DNA of 63,037 nt, filler included, from 6 parts of 6 records of this genome joined end to end with filler, not necessarily neighbours in it, one strand, 5' to 3'. Positions 39,613 through 50,076 are shown, counted from the whole stretch's first letter. Made by a program: numbers and translations. The notes: a model not told the origin generated them from the letters alone.

Positions 39613-40935
39613 ATGACTACATTTATTGGAATACTATTATTGCTTGCAGGCCTTGCTGCCTATGTTTTTTCTAAAATGGATAAACCCGAAAAAAGGTTTC
39701 CTGATGTACTGAGAGGAATAAAGAAAATCCACGGAAGTATTTTAGTAGTGGCAGGTATCGTATTTATCATGATTCCTCACCTGTTTTTCTTTGCAGACAG
39801 GGGATTTAACTACTTACTCGTTTCGCCAACCGGAAAAATGAGCGCCGTAATGGAACAGGGAATTAAGTGGCGTGGATTTGCTAAAATAGATAAGTGGCAA
39901 AAGTATATCGATGTAAAAGTGGTGGGACAGGGAAGTCGTGCCGATGTATCCGAGTTGGAAGGTGTTATGCATCCCGTTCCTATTCGTTTTATTGACCAGG
40001 TAACAGCCAACGGTCATGTTTCTCTTCGATTTCAGTTGCCTGAGGATAATCCATCTTTTATAAAATTAGCGGTTAAATACCGAACCATGAGCAACTTGGT
40101 AAATAATACCATTATTCCTACCGTTCGGGAGCAACTCATCAATACCGGATATATGTTTGCAGCACAAAATTATATTTCAGGAGAAGCACAATCATTCCGT
40201 CAAACCTTTGAGGAGCAGTTGAAAGAAGGAACCTACGCAGTGAATAAACTGGAAGTAAAGGATACCATATTTAATGATATTGATATGGTGAATACGCAGC
40301 GTGGAATTAAAGAAATACAAACCAGTTATCGTGTAGAAAAGATATTGGAACATGGTATTCCGAAACGAATTCCGCATGAATTGTCAGAAAACAACATCAT
40401 CGTATCACAAGTAATTGTTGATAAGATAGATTTGGAAGCCACCTTTAAACAACGCCTGGAAGCTCAGCGTGATGAATCGGCCAAACGCCAGTTGGAGCAA
40501 CAAAAAATTGAGACAGCGAAAGCTGAGCAACAACGTATTGTGGCACAAGGAGAGAGGGATAAAGCCGAAGAACGTGTAAATCAGGAAAAAGAGCAGGTAA
40601 AAGCATTGATTGCCATTGAAACCAAATTAAAACAAGAAGAAACCAATAAAAAATTAGCCGCCATAGCCTTAGAAACGGAAAAACTAAATGCATTAAAAGT
40701 AAAAGTTACCGCTGATGCAGAGGCTTATGAGATTGCCAAAAAAGTAAATGCAGGTATTACACCTGAAGTTAAATTAAAAATGGAGTTGGATCGTGATGTG
40801 AGAGTGGCAGCCGAAGTGGCCAAAATTAAGTTCCCGGAAACGATGATCATAGGAGGAGATTCAAAAGCAGGGACACCACTGGAGAGCTTAATAGGAGCGG
40901 CCATGGCTAAACAATTACAAACCACCAAAAAGTAA
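39613..40935 (+). CDS. SPFH/band-7 domain membrane protein with a coiled coil
   Basis: Two N-terminal TM segments, band-7-like core (IRFIDQVTA, FEEQLKEG), A/E/K-rich coiled coil ending ADAEAY. Confidence 0.8.
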   Translation: MTTFIGILLLLAGLAAYVFSKMDKPEKRFPDVLRGIKKIHGSILVVAGIVFIMIPHLFFFADRGFNYLLVSPTGKMSAVMEQGIKWRGFAKIDKWQKYIDVKVVGQGSRADVSELEGVMHPVPIRFIDQVTANGHVSLRFQLPEDNPSFIKLAVKYRTMSNLVNNTIIPTVREQLINTGYMFAAQNYISGEAQSFRQTFEEQLKEGTYAVNKLEVKDTIFNDIDMVNTQRGIKEIQTSYRVEKILEHGIPKRIPHELSENNIIVSQVIVDKIDLEATFKQRLEAQRDESAKRQLEQQKIETAKAEQQRIVAQGERDKAEERVNQEKEQVKALIAIETKLKQEETNKKLAAIALETEKLNALKVKVTADAEAYEIAKKVNAGITPEVKLKMELDRDVRVAAEVAKIKFPETMIIGGDSKAGTPLESLIGAAMAKQLQTTKK

Positions 40936-40957
40936 CCATAACCTTAACAAGAGGGAT

Positions 40958-41115
40958 GAAGAGGCTGTCTGAGATGTAAGTTTCACGCAAAGGCCGCTAA
41001 AGATATCGCTAAGCCCGCAGACTAACTATTAATATTATATTATTATTTGCGTGCTTTGCGATTCTACTCTTGGTGTACTCTGCGAGAAATAATTATGTGT
41101 TTGGACATCCTCTTC
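40958..41115. repeat. MITE/REP-like composite element between convergent genes
   Basis: Terminal IR GAAGAGGCTGTCT / GGACATCCTCTTC (11/13). Inner imperfect IRs: TTTCACGCAAAGG.../...CTCTGCGAGAAA and TCGCTAAGCCCGCAGA / TTTGCGTGCTTTGCGA. Confidence 0.65.
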
Positions 41116-41135
41116 TTAATTTTTTAAAACCAAAA

Positions 41136-42021
41136 CTAAAATCGCCCTTTCCACCAGGACTTTAATCTCTCCAGAATTTTGGCTTCCTGAGGATTATTTT
41201 GAGGTTGATATAGTGAACTATTCTTGACTTCATCCGGCATAAAATCCTGCGCTACAAAATTTCCCGGATAATCATGCGAATATTTATATTCTTTACCATA
41301 GCCCAGTTCTTTCATCAACTTGGTAGGTGCATTTCTTAAATGCAAAGGCACCGGAAGATTACCTGTTTGCTTAACCAAAGCTTGTGCTTTACCAATAGCC
41401 TGGTAAGCCGAATTACTTTTGGGGCTGGTCGCTAGATAAATGGTAGTTTGAGAAAGGATAATTCTACTTTCGGGCCAGCCAACCATTTTAATGGCTTCAA
41501 AACATTGGGTAGCTAACAGCAAAGCATTCGGATTTGCCATTCCTATATCTTCAGAGGCAGAAATAATAAGGCGTCGCGCTATAAATTTAGGATCTTCGCC
41601 GCCTTCAACCATGCGCGCCAGCCAATAAACAGCAGCATCCGGATCGCTACCCCTGATAGATTTTATAAAAGCAGAGATAATGTCATAATGCATTTCTCCA
41701 TTTTTATCATAGGCTGCAGGATTAGCTTGCAAACATTGGGTTACATTCTTATTATTGATTTCAATTTTTTCTCCATCATTGGCATTAATCACCAATTCCA
41801 GGATATTTAAAAGTTTGCGCGCATCTCCACCTGAATATCTGAATAAAGCTTCTTCTTCTTTTATCTCTACTTTTTTTCTTTTCAGTACATCATCCGTCGT
41901 CAATGCTTTTTCTACCAAATCTCTTAAGTCTTCTACTTCAAGCGATTTAAGTACATATACCTGGCAGCGAGAAAGGAGAGGAGAAATCACCTCAAACGAA
42001 GGGTTTTCGGTGGTAGCGCCA
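41136..42021 (-). CDS. rarA: Replication-associated recombination protein A (RarA/MgsA), 5'-truncated
   Basis: ATTENPSFEV...LLSRC, GDAR, HYDIISAFIKSIRGSDPDAA, ASEDIG, VPLHLRNAPT. Confidence 0.96.
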
Positions 42022-42121
42022 NNNNNNNNNNNNNNNNNNNNNNNNNNNNNNNNNNNNNNNNNNNNTTAATTAATTAANNNNNNNNNNNNNNNNNNNNNNN
42101 NNNNNNNNNNNNNNNNNNNNN
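42022..42121. other. Artificial contig linker
   Basis: N44-TTAATTAATTAA-N44. Confidence 0.99.
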
Positions 42122-42703
42122 TCCCCAAATTACATAGTTGTGTACATCTTCCTCCATGCTATAGAATTTTAGAACACCAACCACCGAATTCGACAGGTAA
42201 CCTATCATTACCCCAATGATAAGCACACTAAGTGTACCTCCAATTTTATGGGAGATAAACAGGATAAGCGAGAGCACAGCAAAAGCACCACCCAAGGAGG
42301 CAATGATCACTGCCAAATCGCCCCATATTCCTAAACGAGAAAATGAAAATCCCCATACCTGACCAGCCAGCAATAACACAAAGCCAACTCCCAGACTCGA
42401 TCCTGATGAAATACCCAATACCGATGGTCCTGCCAATGGATTTCTAAATAAGGTTTGCATTAACAAACCTGCCACACCCAAAGCCATACCTGCTCCTAGA
42501 GCTACAATGGTTTGGGGCATGCGAGTTCGTAGTAAAATATTCTCCCAAATTACATTCGAAGACGACTTGCCCAATACCACATTAATGACTTCTTCAATTG
42601 GAATTTTCACCGATCCCAAAGCCAAATTCAAGGCTGCCAAAAGCAAGAGGAACAGTAAAGAAATAGGTATAAGAACTGATTTTTTTAACAAGAAAGTTTG
42701 CAT
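42122..42703 (-). CDS. btuC: FecCD/BtuC-type ABC permease, 3'-truncated
   Basis: RMPQ, GLLMQTLFRNPLAGPSVLGISSG; within a B12-riboswitch operon. Confidence 0.85.
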
Positions 42704-42705
42704 GC

Positions 42706-43821
42706 CTACTTTAATACTTCGTAAAACTCAGGTTGATAATCAGGCAATAAATCAGGGTGAAAATGATGGATGTAATCTGCCAATATCACATCCGGTTTCA
42801 TGGCATTCTGTTCGTAAAATGGCTTCTCTCGAATGTTACACATGATCACATTCCCATTTTTATAGGCTTTAAAATCGCCATATCTAATATCCTGATCGAT
42901 TAAGGCCTTACGATTGAAGCCAATTGGTTCGGGCACCAGAATTCGCCAATAATCACAATCGGCGGCTTTGGTATAAACCGTTTCAAAATCGAGAGGATAA
43001 GCACCTTGCTTTTCATCATCGACAATATAAGTCGCTCCTGCATCGCGAAAATAGTTTGCGTAAAAGCTTTTCCCACCTGGCACATACCAGGTTCCCGATC
43101 TCATTTTACCTGAAAATACAGTCGGTCTATCCTTTACATTTTCGGCCAATGATTTTAAAGAATCGTAACGAAAAGACAAGTTTTGGAACAAAGAATCAGC
43201 CTCTTGTTCTTTGCCGATAAAAGGTGCAATCATCTTTACCCATTCGGCTCTTCCCAAAGGCGTTTTCTCATCATAGGCTGCCATAGGAACCAAAGGAATC
43301 CCCAAATTCTTCAAAGCATCGTAGCCACCCGATTTGTATGGAGAAACAAAAATCAAATCTGGATTTATACCGGCAATTAGCTCGGTGTTAAAATGTCCTT
43401 CCTTCCCTATTCTCTTTACTCTGCCTTCCTTGATGCGTTCGCTTAAGCCTTCGTGAAACAAGTGTCGACTGCTATTGGTGGCCACAATATTATCGATATC
43501 GTTTAAGGCAAAAAAATAGGTTAGCTGTGTTGACGACAAACAGATGATTTTTTTACAAGGCACCTGTATCTGATCTGGAGCAGTTTTCTTTTTTACCAGT
43601 TTAAATTCCTGATAGGTAGAATCTACACTCTTCTTGTTGTAAATTCTCAGAACTCTCTCATTGCCCGAAGTATAAAGCTCGAATCCTTTTGCGTGCTTCA
43701 GTTCCTTTTTCTCGTAAGAATTCAAATTAATATCTGCTGATTTTTTTACACTCATGTTGCACGAGTTCAATAAAAAAATAAATGCAGCTATCAGACTTAC
43801 TTGATTAATTGCCTTGTTCAT
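42706..43821 (-). CDS. btuF: Cobalamin ABC transporter substrate-binding lipoprotein (BtuF-like)
   Basis: Lipobox LLNSC; EKTPLGRAEW, WYVPGG, PDVILAD. Start at ATG 43821. Confidence 0.82.
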   Translation of the reverse strand: MNKAINQVSLIAAFIFLLNSCNMSVKKSADINLNSYEKKELKHAKGFELYTSGNERVLRIYNKKSVDSTYQEFKLVKKKTAPDQIQVPCKKIICLSSTQLTYFFALNDIDNIVATNSSRHLFHEGLSERIKEGRVKRIGKEGHFNTELIAGINPDLIFVSPYKSGGYDALKNLGIPLVPMAAYDEKTPLGRAEWVKMIAPFIGKEQEADSLFQNLSFRYDSLKSLAENVKDRPTVFSGKMRSGTWYVPGGKSFYANYFRDAGATYIVDDEKQGAYPLDFETVYTKAADCDYWRILVPEPIGFNRKALIDQDIRYGDFKAYKNGNVIMCNIREKPFYEQNAMKPDVILADYIHHFHPDLLPDYQPEFYEVLK

Positions 43822-43825
43822 GGTC

Positions 43826-44572
43826 TTATTCGTTGTGATCGGTGGAAACAAATTTTTCAAACCCTATTTTTCTACCCAAGCTATCGTAGGTATAAGTTCG
43901 CTTTGAGTTTGGACGTTTGCCATTATGGTAGATGGTCAAACTTTCACTTATTTGTGCATTCTTGTTGTACTTGTAAATATTAGTTTTCACAATTTCATCG
44001 TCTTTATCTCGCTTAAATTTGCCTACTAAATTTCCCTCCTCATCGTACTTGTTCTCGGTAGAATAAGCCATGCTTAATTCATCTTTCGAATTGTACATCA
44101 AGTATTCAGTTTGGTGCCCAAATTCATTGTAAGCGTAATTCACCTTCTTCAGTATTTTGCCATTGGCAATGTATTCTGTTGTGCTGTTTTGCCCCAAATC
44201 ATTGTACAAATACTTCTTGCTCGATTTCTTATTTCTTACCAAATCGGTTTTTAAGCTACTCACCTTCTGATTCTTCTTATTGAATTCATACTGGTAAACT
44301 GTTATTAAACTATCATTAGCCAAATACTTTTCGGTTCTGATTTTATTCCCATAGTCATCGTAGAAATAAAGCACTTTCTTCTCTAAGTTATTATTCGCAT
44401 CATAACTCACTTTCTGCTCACGTAAACCTGCAGAATTGTAGATGTATTCTCTGTTTCCAACAAGTCGATATTTTTCCTTTTTAATTTTAGTTGCAGACAC
44501 AAAAGCCAATGCAATTAACATCAGGAACAATCCTATTTTAATGAAAAACTCAAACTGGTATTTTTCCATCAT
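43826..44572 (-). CDS. YD/Rhs-like repeat protein with an N-terminal signal/anchor
   Basis: About eight Y-x-Y-[DN]-x-x-G-[NQ]-type repeats, e.g. YFYDDYGN, YLYNDLGQ, YAYNEFGH, KYDEEGN, YTYDSLGR. Confidence 0.75.
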   Translation of the reverse strand: MMEKYQFEFFIKIGLFLMLIALAFVSATKIKKEKYRLVGNREYIYNSAGLREQKVSYDANNNLEKKVLYFYDDYGNKIRTEKYLANDSLITVYQYEFNKKNQKVSSLKTDLVRNKKSSKKYLYNDLGQNSTTEYIANGKILKKVNYAYNEFGHQTEYLMYNSKDELSMAYSTENKYDEEGNLVGKFKRDKDDEIVKTNIYKYNKNAQISESLTIYHNGKRPNSKRTYTYDSLGRKIGFEKFVSTDHNE

Positions 44573-44597
44573 TGGGTGATTTTTATGAGTTAGTTTC

Positions 44598-46061
44598 TTA
44601 TTTGCTTTTCCTTTGCATCCACTTTATTCCCAACACTAAACCTGAAAAACTCACCACTGTTCCTCCCAAGGAGAGAAATAGTAAGAGGATCTTTCGTAAC
44701 CAATCGTGTTGTTTCAAGTAAGGGAAATCAAGTGTATGTAACGAACGATACAACCATCGGCGCCACCTATCGTTATTGGTAATAGATTTAACAATTTCGC
44801 CTGTTTTATAATCGATGTACATTCTTGTGTCGTCACCATCATTAAGATTCAATTGCCAAATGGGTAACGGACGTTCCCACATGCCCGATTTCTGGTAATA
44901 AGCATCGAATTCATCCTGACTCTTTAAGCTGTATTCAACATTGGGCAACACTTTCTTGCACCAATTGTCAATCTCATCTTTGCTATATTTTTGTTTGCTT
45001 ACTATTCCATTATCAGCCAAAAAGTAAACATCTGGTTTTTGATAGTGAACACGATAAACCCAATAAGCAGGCTGATTGTGTACCGTTTTAAATACTACTT
45101 TCCGAACAGGCGTGCCATTGTCAATTGCCTTCCACAATTCCGTAAAATCAATATTTTCATGTTGATCCAATTCCAGTTTCTGATTCCAGATTCTTTTTAC
45201 TGACTTTTTATTGTGTATTGGCACCATCCATTGTGGAATATCGGTTACCGAAACCAGACCACTCAGAATAAAGGTGAAAACAAACAAGCCAAAAAAGAAA
45301 CCTGTAATGTGATGCCACTTGTGCCAAAACTTTTTGTAAGGAGTAAACTGGCTCCATCTCTCCTGCTTTCTTCTTTTTCTTAATCGGATAATGCCAGCAA
45401 TTAAACCAGTTAAGCTTACCAGAACACCAAAGCCTGAAACCCATGCCACCACTTTAGACCATAGTGATACTTTTAATCGCAAAGATTTAAAGTAAATCCA
45501 ATGCGGAATGGCTCCAATTCGACCCAGCCAACGACTTTTTATTGTGGTCTCCTGCACTATAGTTCCTGATACCTCAGACACATAAATACGAGTATGTGCA
45601 TCGTCGTTCATCTTACATTTATAGAAAGGAAGCAAGGGGCAATAGTAAGACCAGGGCATCCATTGATCCAATTTGTCAATTTTCTGTACCGAAGACAGCT
45701 TCGATCCTGTAAAATCTTCAGCCAAATGAATTGCATCCTCTTCTGAAGTTTTTCCCCAGGCTTGCAAGCTTTTGGCATCATAAACTTTCTGAGCCTTTCT
45801 ACCGGCATAAACTCTATAAACAGGATTTCCGTTCATTTTTTCAAGCTCTACCCTTCCTTTAAAATTTTTAGGAGCTTGTAAGGAGTCAAAATCAGTTTTG
45901 CTTAAAGACGACAAATGCAGGAACCGATCTTCTCTCGAAGCATGTGGAAATCCTGCAAAAATCAGTACAAAGCCTGATAAAAACCAAATCACAAACATCA
46001 GGCTCAAGAATGTGCCTGACAGATTGTGAACTTGAATGAGTGTATTTTTTAATCTGCTCAT
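44598..46061 (-). CDS. PepSY-associated TM-helix protein
   Basis: HNLSG..L...WFLSG, GAIPHWIYF, WHHITG, RWLYRSLH motifs. Confidence 0.85.
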   Translation of the reverse strand: MSRLKNTLIQVHNLSGTFLSLMFVIWFLSGFVLIFAGFPHASREDRFLHLSSLSKTDFDSLQAPKNFKGRVELEKMNGNPVYRVYAGRKAQKVYDAKSLQAWGKTSEEDAIHLAEDFTGSKLSSVQKIDKLDQWMPWSYYCPLLPFYKCKMNDDAHTRIYVSEVSGTIVQETTIKSRWLGRIGAIPHWIYFKSLRLKVSLWSKVVAWVSGFGVLVSLTGLIAGIIRLRKRRKQERWSQFTPYKKFWHKWHHITGFFFGLFVFTFILSGLVSVTDIPQWMVPIHNKKSVKRIWNQKLELDQHENIDFTELWKAIDNGTPVRKVVFKTVHNQPAYWVYRVHYQKPDVYFLADNGIVSKQKYSKDEIDNWCKKVLPNVEYSLKSQDEFDAYYQKSGMWERPLPIWQLNLNDGDDTRMYIDYKTGEIVKSITNNDRWRRWLYRSLHTLDFPYLKQHDWLRKILLLFLSLGGTVVSFSGLVLGIKWMQRKSK

Positions 46062-46084
46062 TGTATCGTATTGAAAAGTTTAAA

Positions 46085-46137
46085 AGCAAATTCCCTGAGT
46101 TTGGCTTCTAATTTCTAAACAGTCTAGGGAATTTGCT
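46085..46137. repeat. Intergenic stem-loop after btuB
   Basis: Perfect 12-bp IR AGCAAATTCCCT / AGGGAATTTGCT. Confidence 0.6.
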
Positions 46138-46156
46138 CTTTGCAGATGTGTATATT

Positions 46157-48364
46157 CTATTTTGCAAAACGGATGTTACATCCAACAAACACAGTTCTTC
46201 CTGGGCTTAATGTTCCGTAATGAGATCCGTAAGGGCTATCATCAACATAGTCGAAAATATTATCAACGCCAGCAGTTAATTCAAAAGATGCGCCATATGC
46301 ATTAAAACGATGCGATGTGGTCATTTTCCATAAGTTGTATCCTTCAGCATCAGGATCACCATCGTAAAATTTATCATCCTGAATACGTCCGGTTAAGCTC
46401 ACATTTAATGAATAGTCCTTCCAGCTTCGATCATAAAGCAATCGGATGTTTGCATAGTTTTCAGCAACACCTTCCAAACGAATATTGTCTGTTTCATTTC
46501 TAGTTCCAACATATGAATATCCACCACCTAGAGTGAATCCACCGCCAATTCGGTAATTGAAAAGAAAATCGATTCCTGTTGATTTGGCTTCACCAATGTT
46601 AACGTGTTCACGTGTTTTCTTAACTCCATTGGCTACATCTTCAGGAGTAGTTTCAATTGTCTGATAGGCAATCATATCATCTACTTTGTTCTGATAAGCC
46701 GAAACACTAAGAGTTAAATCGGAAACAATGTATTCTACTGCAAATGAATAGTAATTCGATTTTTGTGGATCTAAATCGGTATTTCCAAGGTAAAGATTTC
46801 CTCTTTTTTCGTAGCGATAATACAATTCCTTAATGGTTGGTGCCTTAAATCCTTTTGCGTAAGTGGCTCTAAAGTTAAAATCGTTCAACCTATACAAAGC
46901 CGATACCTTAGGCGTAAAATCCTTACCAAACTCCTTGTGCTTTAAAAAACGGAAACCAGCAACTACTGATAGATTTTTCACCACCTTAATTTCGTCCTGA
47001 GCAAAAGCTGCCAAGGTGTAAGCTTCTTCTCTTCCACTTGCCAATCTACCGTCAGATTCCAAACTCTCACTTACATATTCTCCACCCATGGTAAGCTGAT
47101 GTGACTTATTTAGGTGAAACATGTATTTCAAATTCACATCTTCACGCTTCTGTTTGGTATTAAGTACCTTCTCGCCCTTGATATAGTCTCTATAATCCTG
47201 ATTGTATTTATAGTAGTATTTAAACTGATCGGAGTTAAAATCAACGCTTAAGTAGTCCTTTTTATTGATCAAATATTTTGCTCCAGCCGAGTATGAAAAA
47301 TCATTGTAATGATACCCATAGTTTTTAACTGTAGTTGGCAGCTTCACATCTTTCTCGTATTTCGATCCCATGGCGTAAAGACTTAACTTCTTGCTAAGGG
47401 CAAAATCAAATCGCTGGCCAATGGTGTAATCATCGTATGCATTCACCTGCTTTGCATCTGTTTCAATCAAAACATCATTCGAAGGATCATCATCCTTCTT
47501 ATCATCATCAATTTCAAACTTGCTCAACTGCCATCCATCCGATTCTTTTCTAGAATAAGTAGTTAAAGATGAAATTCGTCCAAGGTTGAATCCTACTTTA
47601 TTGTGATATTGTCTGGTCGCATACTCACTAATACGATTATTGCTTTCTGCATATATCTTTCTTTTCGATTTCTTGGTGATAATATTCACCACACCGGCAA
47701 TAGCTTCCGATCCATATAACGAGGATGAAGCTCCTTTTACGACTTCAATCTTCTCAATATCATCAGGGTTGATTCGGTTGATATCATTTTGTCCGCCAAC
47801 ATCACCATACATTCTTTTTCCATCAACAAGAATTAAAATGTAATCATTCCCCAAACCATTTAATTGGATAAATGAACCCATATTGCCCGGATTAAAATCG
47901 AAAGATGGACTAATTCCTGACATTAGGTCGGCAAAACCTGAAGCTGAAACTGCTTTTACCAATTTTTTGCCAATCAATTCGGTCTGAACCGGAGCACTCT
48001 TTAAGTGGTGAGGTGTTCCTGTACCGGTAATAACCACCTCTCCCAATTGACTTTTGGCTTTTTTAAGCTGAAAATCCAAGGTATTCTTACCTTCTTTTAT
48101 CTCAACGATTTGCTTTGTACGTCCATATCCTGAGTAAGAAACCGTAATTTCATATTCCCCTACTTTCAAGTTTCTGAACGAATAATATCCATCGCCATTG
48201 GTTGCGGTTCCAATTGTAGTCCCTTTAAAATAGACATTAGCACCAATTAAAGTTTCTTTTCCTTCAATAGAGTGAACATTACCGGATAATGATCCTACCT
48301 GTGCAAATGAACCCTGACCAAATAAAATGAAGACACTTATCAGAATGTAATTTTTTAACTGCAT
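46157..48364 (-). CDS. btuB: TonB-dependent cobalamin receptor (BtuB-like)
   Basis: CarboxypepD-like N-terminus, VVITGT TonB box, IEVVKGASSSLYGSEAIAGVVNIITK plug; preceded by a cobalamin riboswitch. Confidence 0.88.
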   Translation of the reverse strand: MQLKNYILISVFILFGQGSFAQVGSLSGNVHSIEGKETLIGANVYFKGTTIGTATNGDGYYSFRNLKVGEYEITVSYSGYGRTKQIVEIKEGKNTLDFQLKKAKSQLGEVVITGTGTPHHLKSAPVQTELIGKKLVKAVSASGFADLMSGISPSFDFNPGNMGSFIQLNGLGNDYILILVDGKRMYGDVGGQNDINRINPDDIEKIEVVKGASSSLYGSEAIAGVVNIITKKSKRKIYAESNNRISEYATRQYHNKVGFNLGRISSLTTYSRKESDGWQLSKFEIDDDKKDDDPSNDVLIETDAKQVNAYDDYTIGQRFDFALSKKLSLYAMGSKYEKDVKLPTTVKNYGYHYNDFSYSAGAKYLINKKDYLSVDFNSDQFKYYYKYNQDYRDYIKGEKVLNTKQKREDVNLKYMFHLNKSHQLTMGGEYVSESLESDGRLASGREEAYTLAAFAQDEIKVVKNLSVVAGFRFLKHKEFGKDFTPKVSALYRLNDFNFRATYAKGFKAPTIKELYYRYEKRGNLYLGNTDLDPQKSNYYSFAVEYIVSDLTLSVSAYQNKVDDMIAYQTIETTPEDVANGVKKTREHVNIGEAKSTGIDFLFNYRIGGGFTLGGGYSYVGTRNETDNIRLEGVAENYANIRLLYDRSWKDYSLNVSLTGRIQDDKFYDGDPDAEGYNLWKMTTSHRFNAYGASFELTAGVDNIFDYVDDSPYGSHYGTLSPGRTVFVGCNIRFAK

Positions 48365-48504
48365 GACTGAGTTATTTTTGATAATAAAAACATCACATCT
48401 TGCAACTTAGTGTCCCCTAAACACATCAAAAATTATAAAATACTGAACACATGCGTAAGTTCAATACATATACTTCGATTCCCGGAAGCAAAATGTTATT
48501 AGTT

Positions 48505-48697
48505 ACGACTTGGCAGGTCTCCTGACTTTTCTCAATTTTTACAGCCTTCCCCCCATTTCTGAGAGTGGCTTGCGGTGTAAAAATTCTGTTTTGCACTTGG
48601 CAAAATGAGAATTACAGTAGCGGGTACTGTCCCGGATTCTCACCGGGTTCCCTTTTCATTCTATCACCCGAAAGGATGAATCGAACACCAAAATCGA
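48505..48697 (-). ncRNA. Cobalamin (B12) riboswitch
   Basis: Minus strand: AAAAGGGAACCCGGTGAGAATCCGGGACAGTACCCGCTACTGT...GCCACT...GGGAAGGC...AGTCAGGAGACCTGCC (B12 box). Confidence 0.95.
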
Positions 48698-48699
48698 TG

Positions 48700-48707
48700 C
48701 AAATGTA
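48700..48707 (-). promoter_or_regulatory. Bacteroidota -7 promoter element of the btu operon
   Basis: TACATTTG on the minus strand, immediately 5' of the riboswitch. Confidence 0.75.
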
Positions 48708-49007
48708 GACTATTTTTTGTAAAAATGTTATTTATCAAAAATAATTCACCAATGTTTTGTAGCATAGAAACAAAAATAAGACACGATAAAATCGTATTTC
48801 TTTTTTTGTTCACATCAATATTTTATCCAACAAGCCATCTTGCCCCACAGTTTAATATTTTCTATCACTAATCTAGCTAAATCCGATATTTGATGTTTTT
48901 TTTAATAGTGGAAACTTTTTTTATTTAATAATAAATAAATTATAACTTCGCAGATTTAGAATTAAAACAAAGCAATTTTATTTAAATTAAACTAACTCAC
49001 ATCTATA

Positions 49008-50015
49008 ATGAAGCTTAATAAATTAGTCTTAATCCTAACCACTTTTATTATAATATCATGTGGAAAAGATCATGAACCTGAAAAAAATATTGATTTAGAT
49101 TTTGAATATACTGTTCAAGATGACCGTGTTATTCTTGATGCTAGTGATTCGTTTCCTGATCAGTCGGAAGAAATAGAATACTATTGGGAATCAACTGATC
49201 CTGAAATTTACATTAATCAAAATGATAAAAACAGTGCATTCTTTATTCTACCTGATCGAGCCACTGAATCTGAGATAAGCATACGTCTAATTATTAATGA
49301 GAATGATGAATTTGTTCATAAAAATATTAAAATACCAGCATTTAATGATCATATCAGCAAATGGGGATTAGGAGAACAATCTAGAAATAGAAAGAGTAAC
49401 GAAAGAGAATACAATTGGTATTTTGATCAGTTAAATACTGGAAAATACAATTACGAAAATTGCGGTCCAACATGTGCTACTATGGCAATTAAATGGGCTC
49501 ATAGAGATTGGGATAAAGATGCAGAATATGCACGATCACAATATTATCCTAATGGTGGCTGGTGGTACACAAGTAATATTATCGATTATTTAAATAGTAA
49601 CAAGGTACACACCCAAACAATTTCTTTAAGATCTAAGTCAGATTTATATCAACACCTGAATAATGGACAAATTGCTATTATCTGTTTAGACATGCATTTG
49701 TTACGTTTAGAATCGAACCCTGAACATCACATTGATAAATATTACAGAACAAACCCCGAGGCTGGGCATTTTCTTATTGTCAAAGGGTACAGACAAACCG
49801 ATAAGACCGATTTTCTTGAGATTTACGATCCCAACAGCTGGGGGGAAACCTATGATGACAACACTTTAAAAGGTATTAACAGATACTATAGAGTATCCGA
49901 CATTATGAGATCTACAAATAGTTGGTGGAAGTATGCCATTATTGTTAGTCGATCAGCGATTAAAACTAAATCGGCAGTTGATCCCAATAGCATTGAACAT
50001 GCATGGGGAAGATAA
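49008..50015 (+). CDS. Lipoprotein with an Ig/PKD-like domain and a C39-like papain-fold peptidase domain
   Basis: Lipobox IISC; Q...NCGPTCATMA, GHFLIVKGY and IYDP give a Cys-His-Asp triad. Confidence 0.82.
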   Translation: MKLNKLVLILTTFIIISCGKDHEPEKNIDLDFEYTVQDDRVILDASDSFPDQSEEIEYYWESTDPEIYINQNDKNSAFFILPDRATESEISIRLIINENDEFVHKNIKIPAFNDHISKWGLGEQSRNRKSNEREYNWYFDQLNTGKYNYENCGPTCATMAIKWAHRDWDKDAEYARSQYYPNGGWWYTSNIIDYLNSNKVHTQTISLRSKSDLYQHLNNGQIAIICLDMHLLRLESNPEHHIDKYYRTNPEAGHFLIVKGYRQTDKTDFLEIYDPNSWGETYDDNTLKGINRYYRVSDIMRSTNSWWKYAIIVSRSAIKTKSAVDPNSIEHAWGR

Positions 50016-50041
50016 TTTAATAACTCATATATTAAATCTAA

Positions 50042-50076
50042 AAAACCCATTGGAGATTACTCTACCAATGGGTTTT
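50042..50076. terminator. Bidirectional terminator
   Basis: AAAACCCATTGG / CCAATGGGTTTT between convergent genes. Confidence 0.8.

Noticed and set aside
43826-44572. YD-repeat gene as an Rhs toxin
   Set aside because: Too short, with no Rhs core (PxxxxDPxG), toxin domain or immunity gene.
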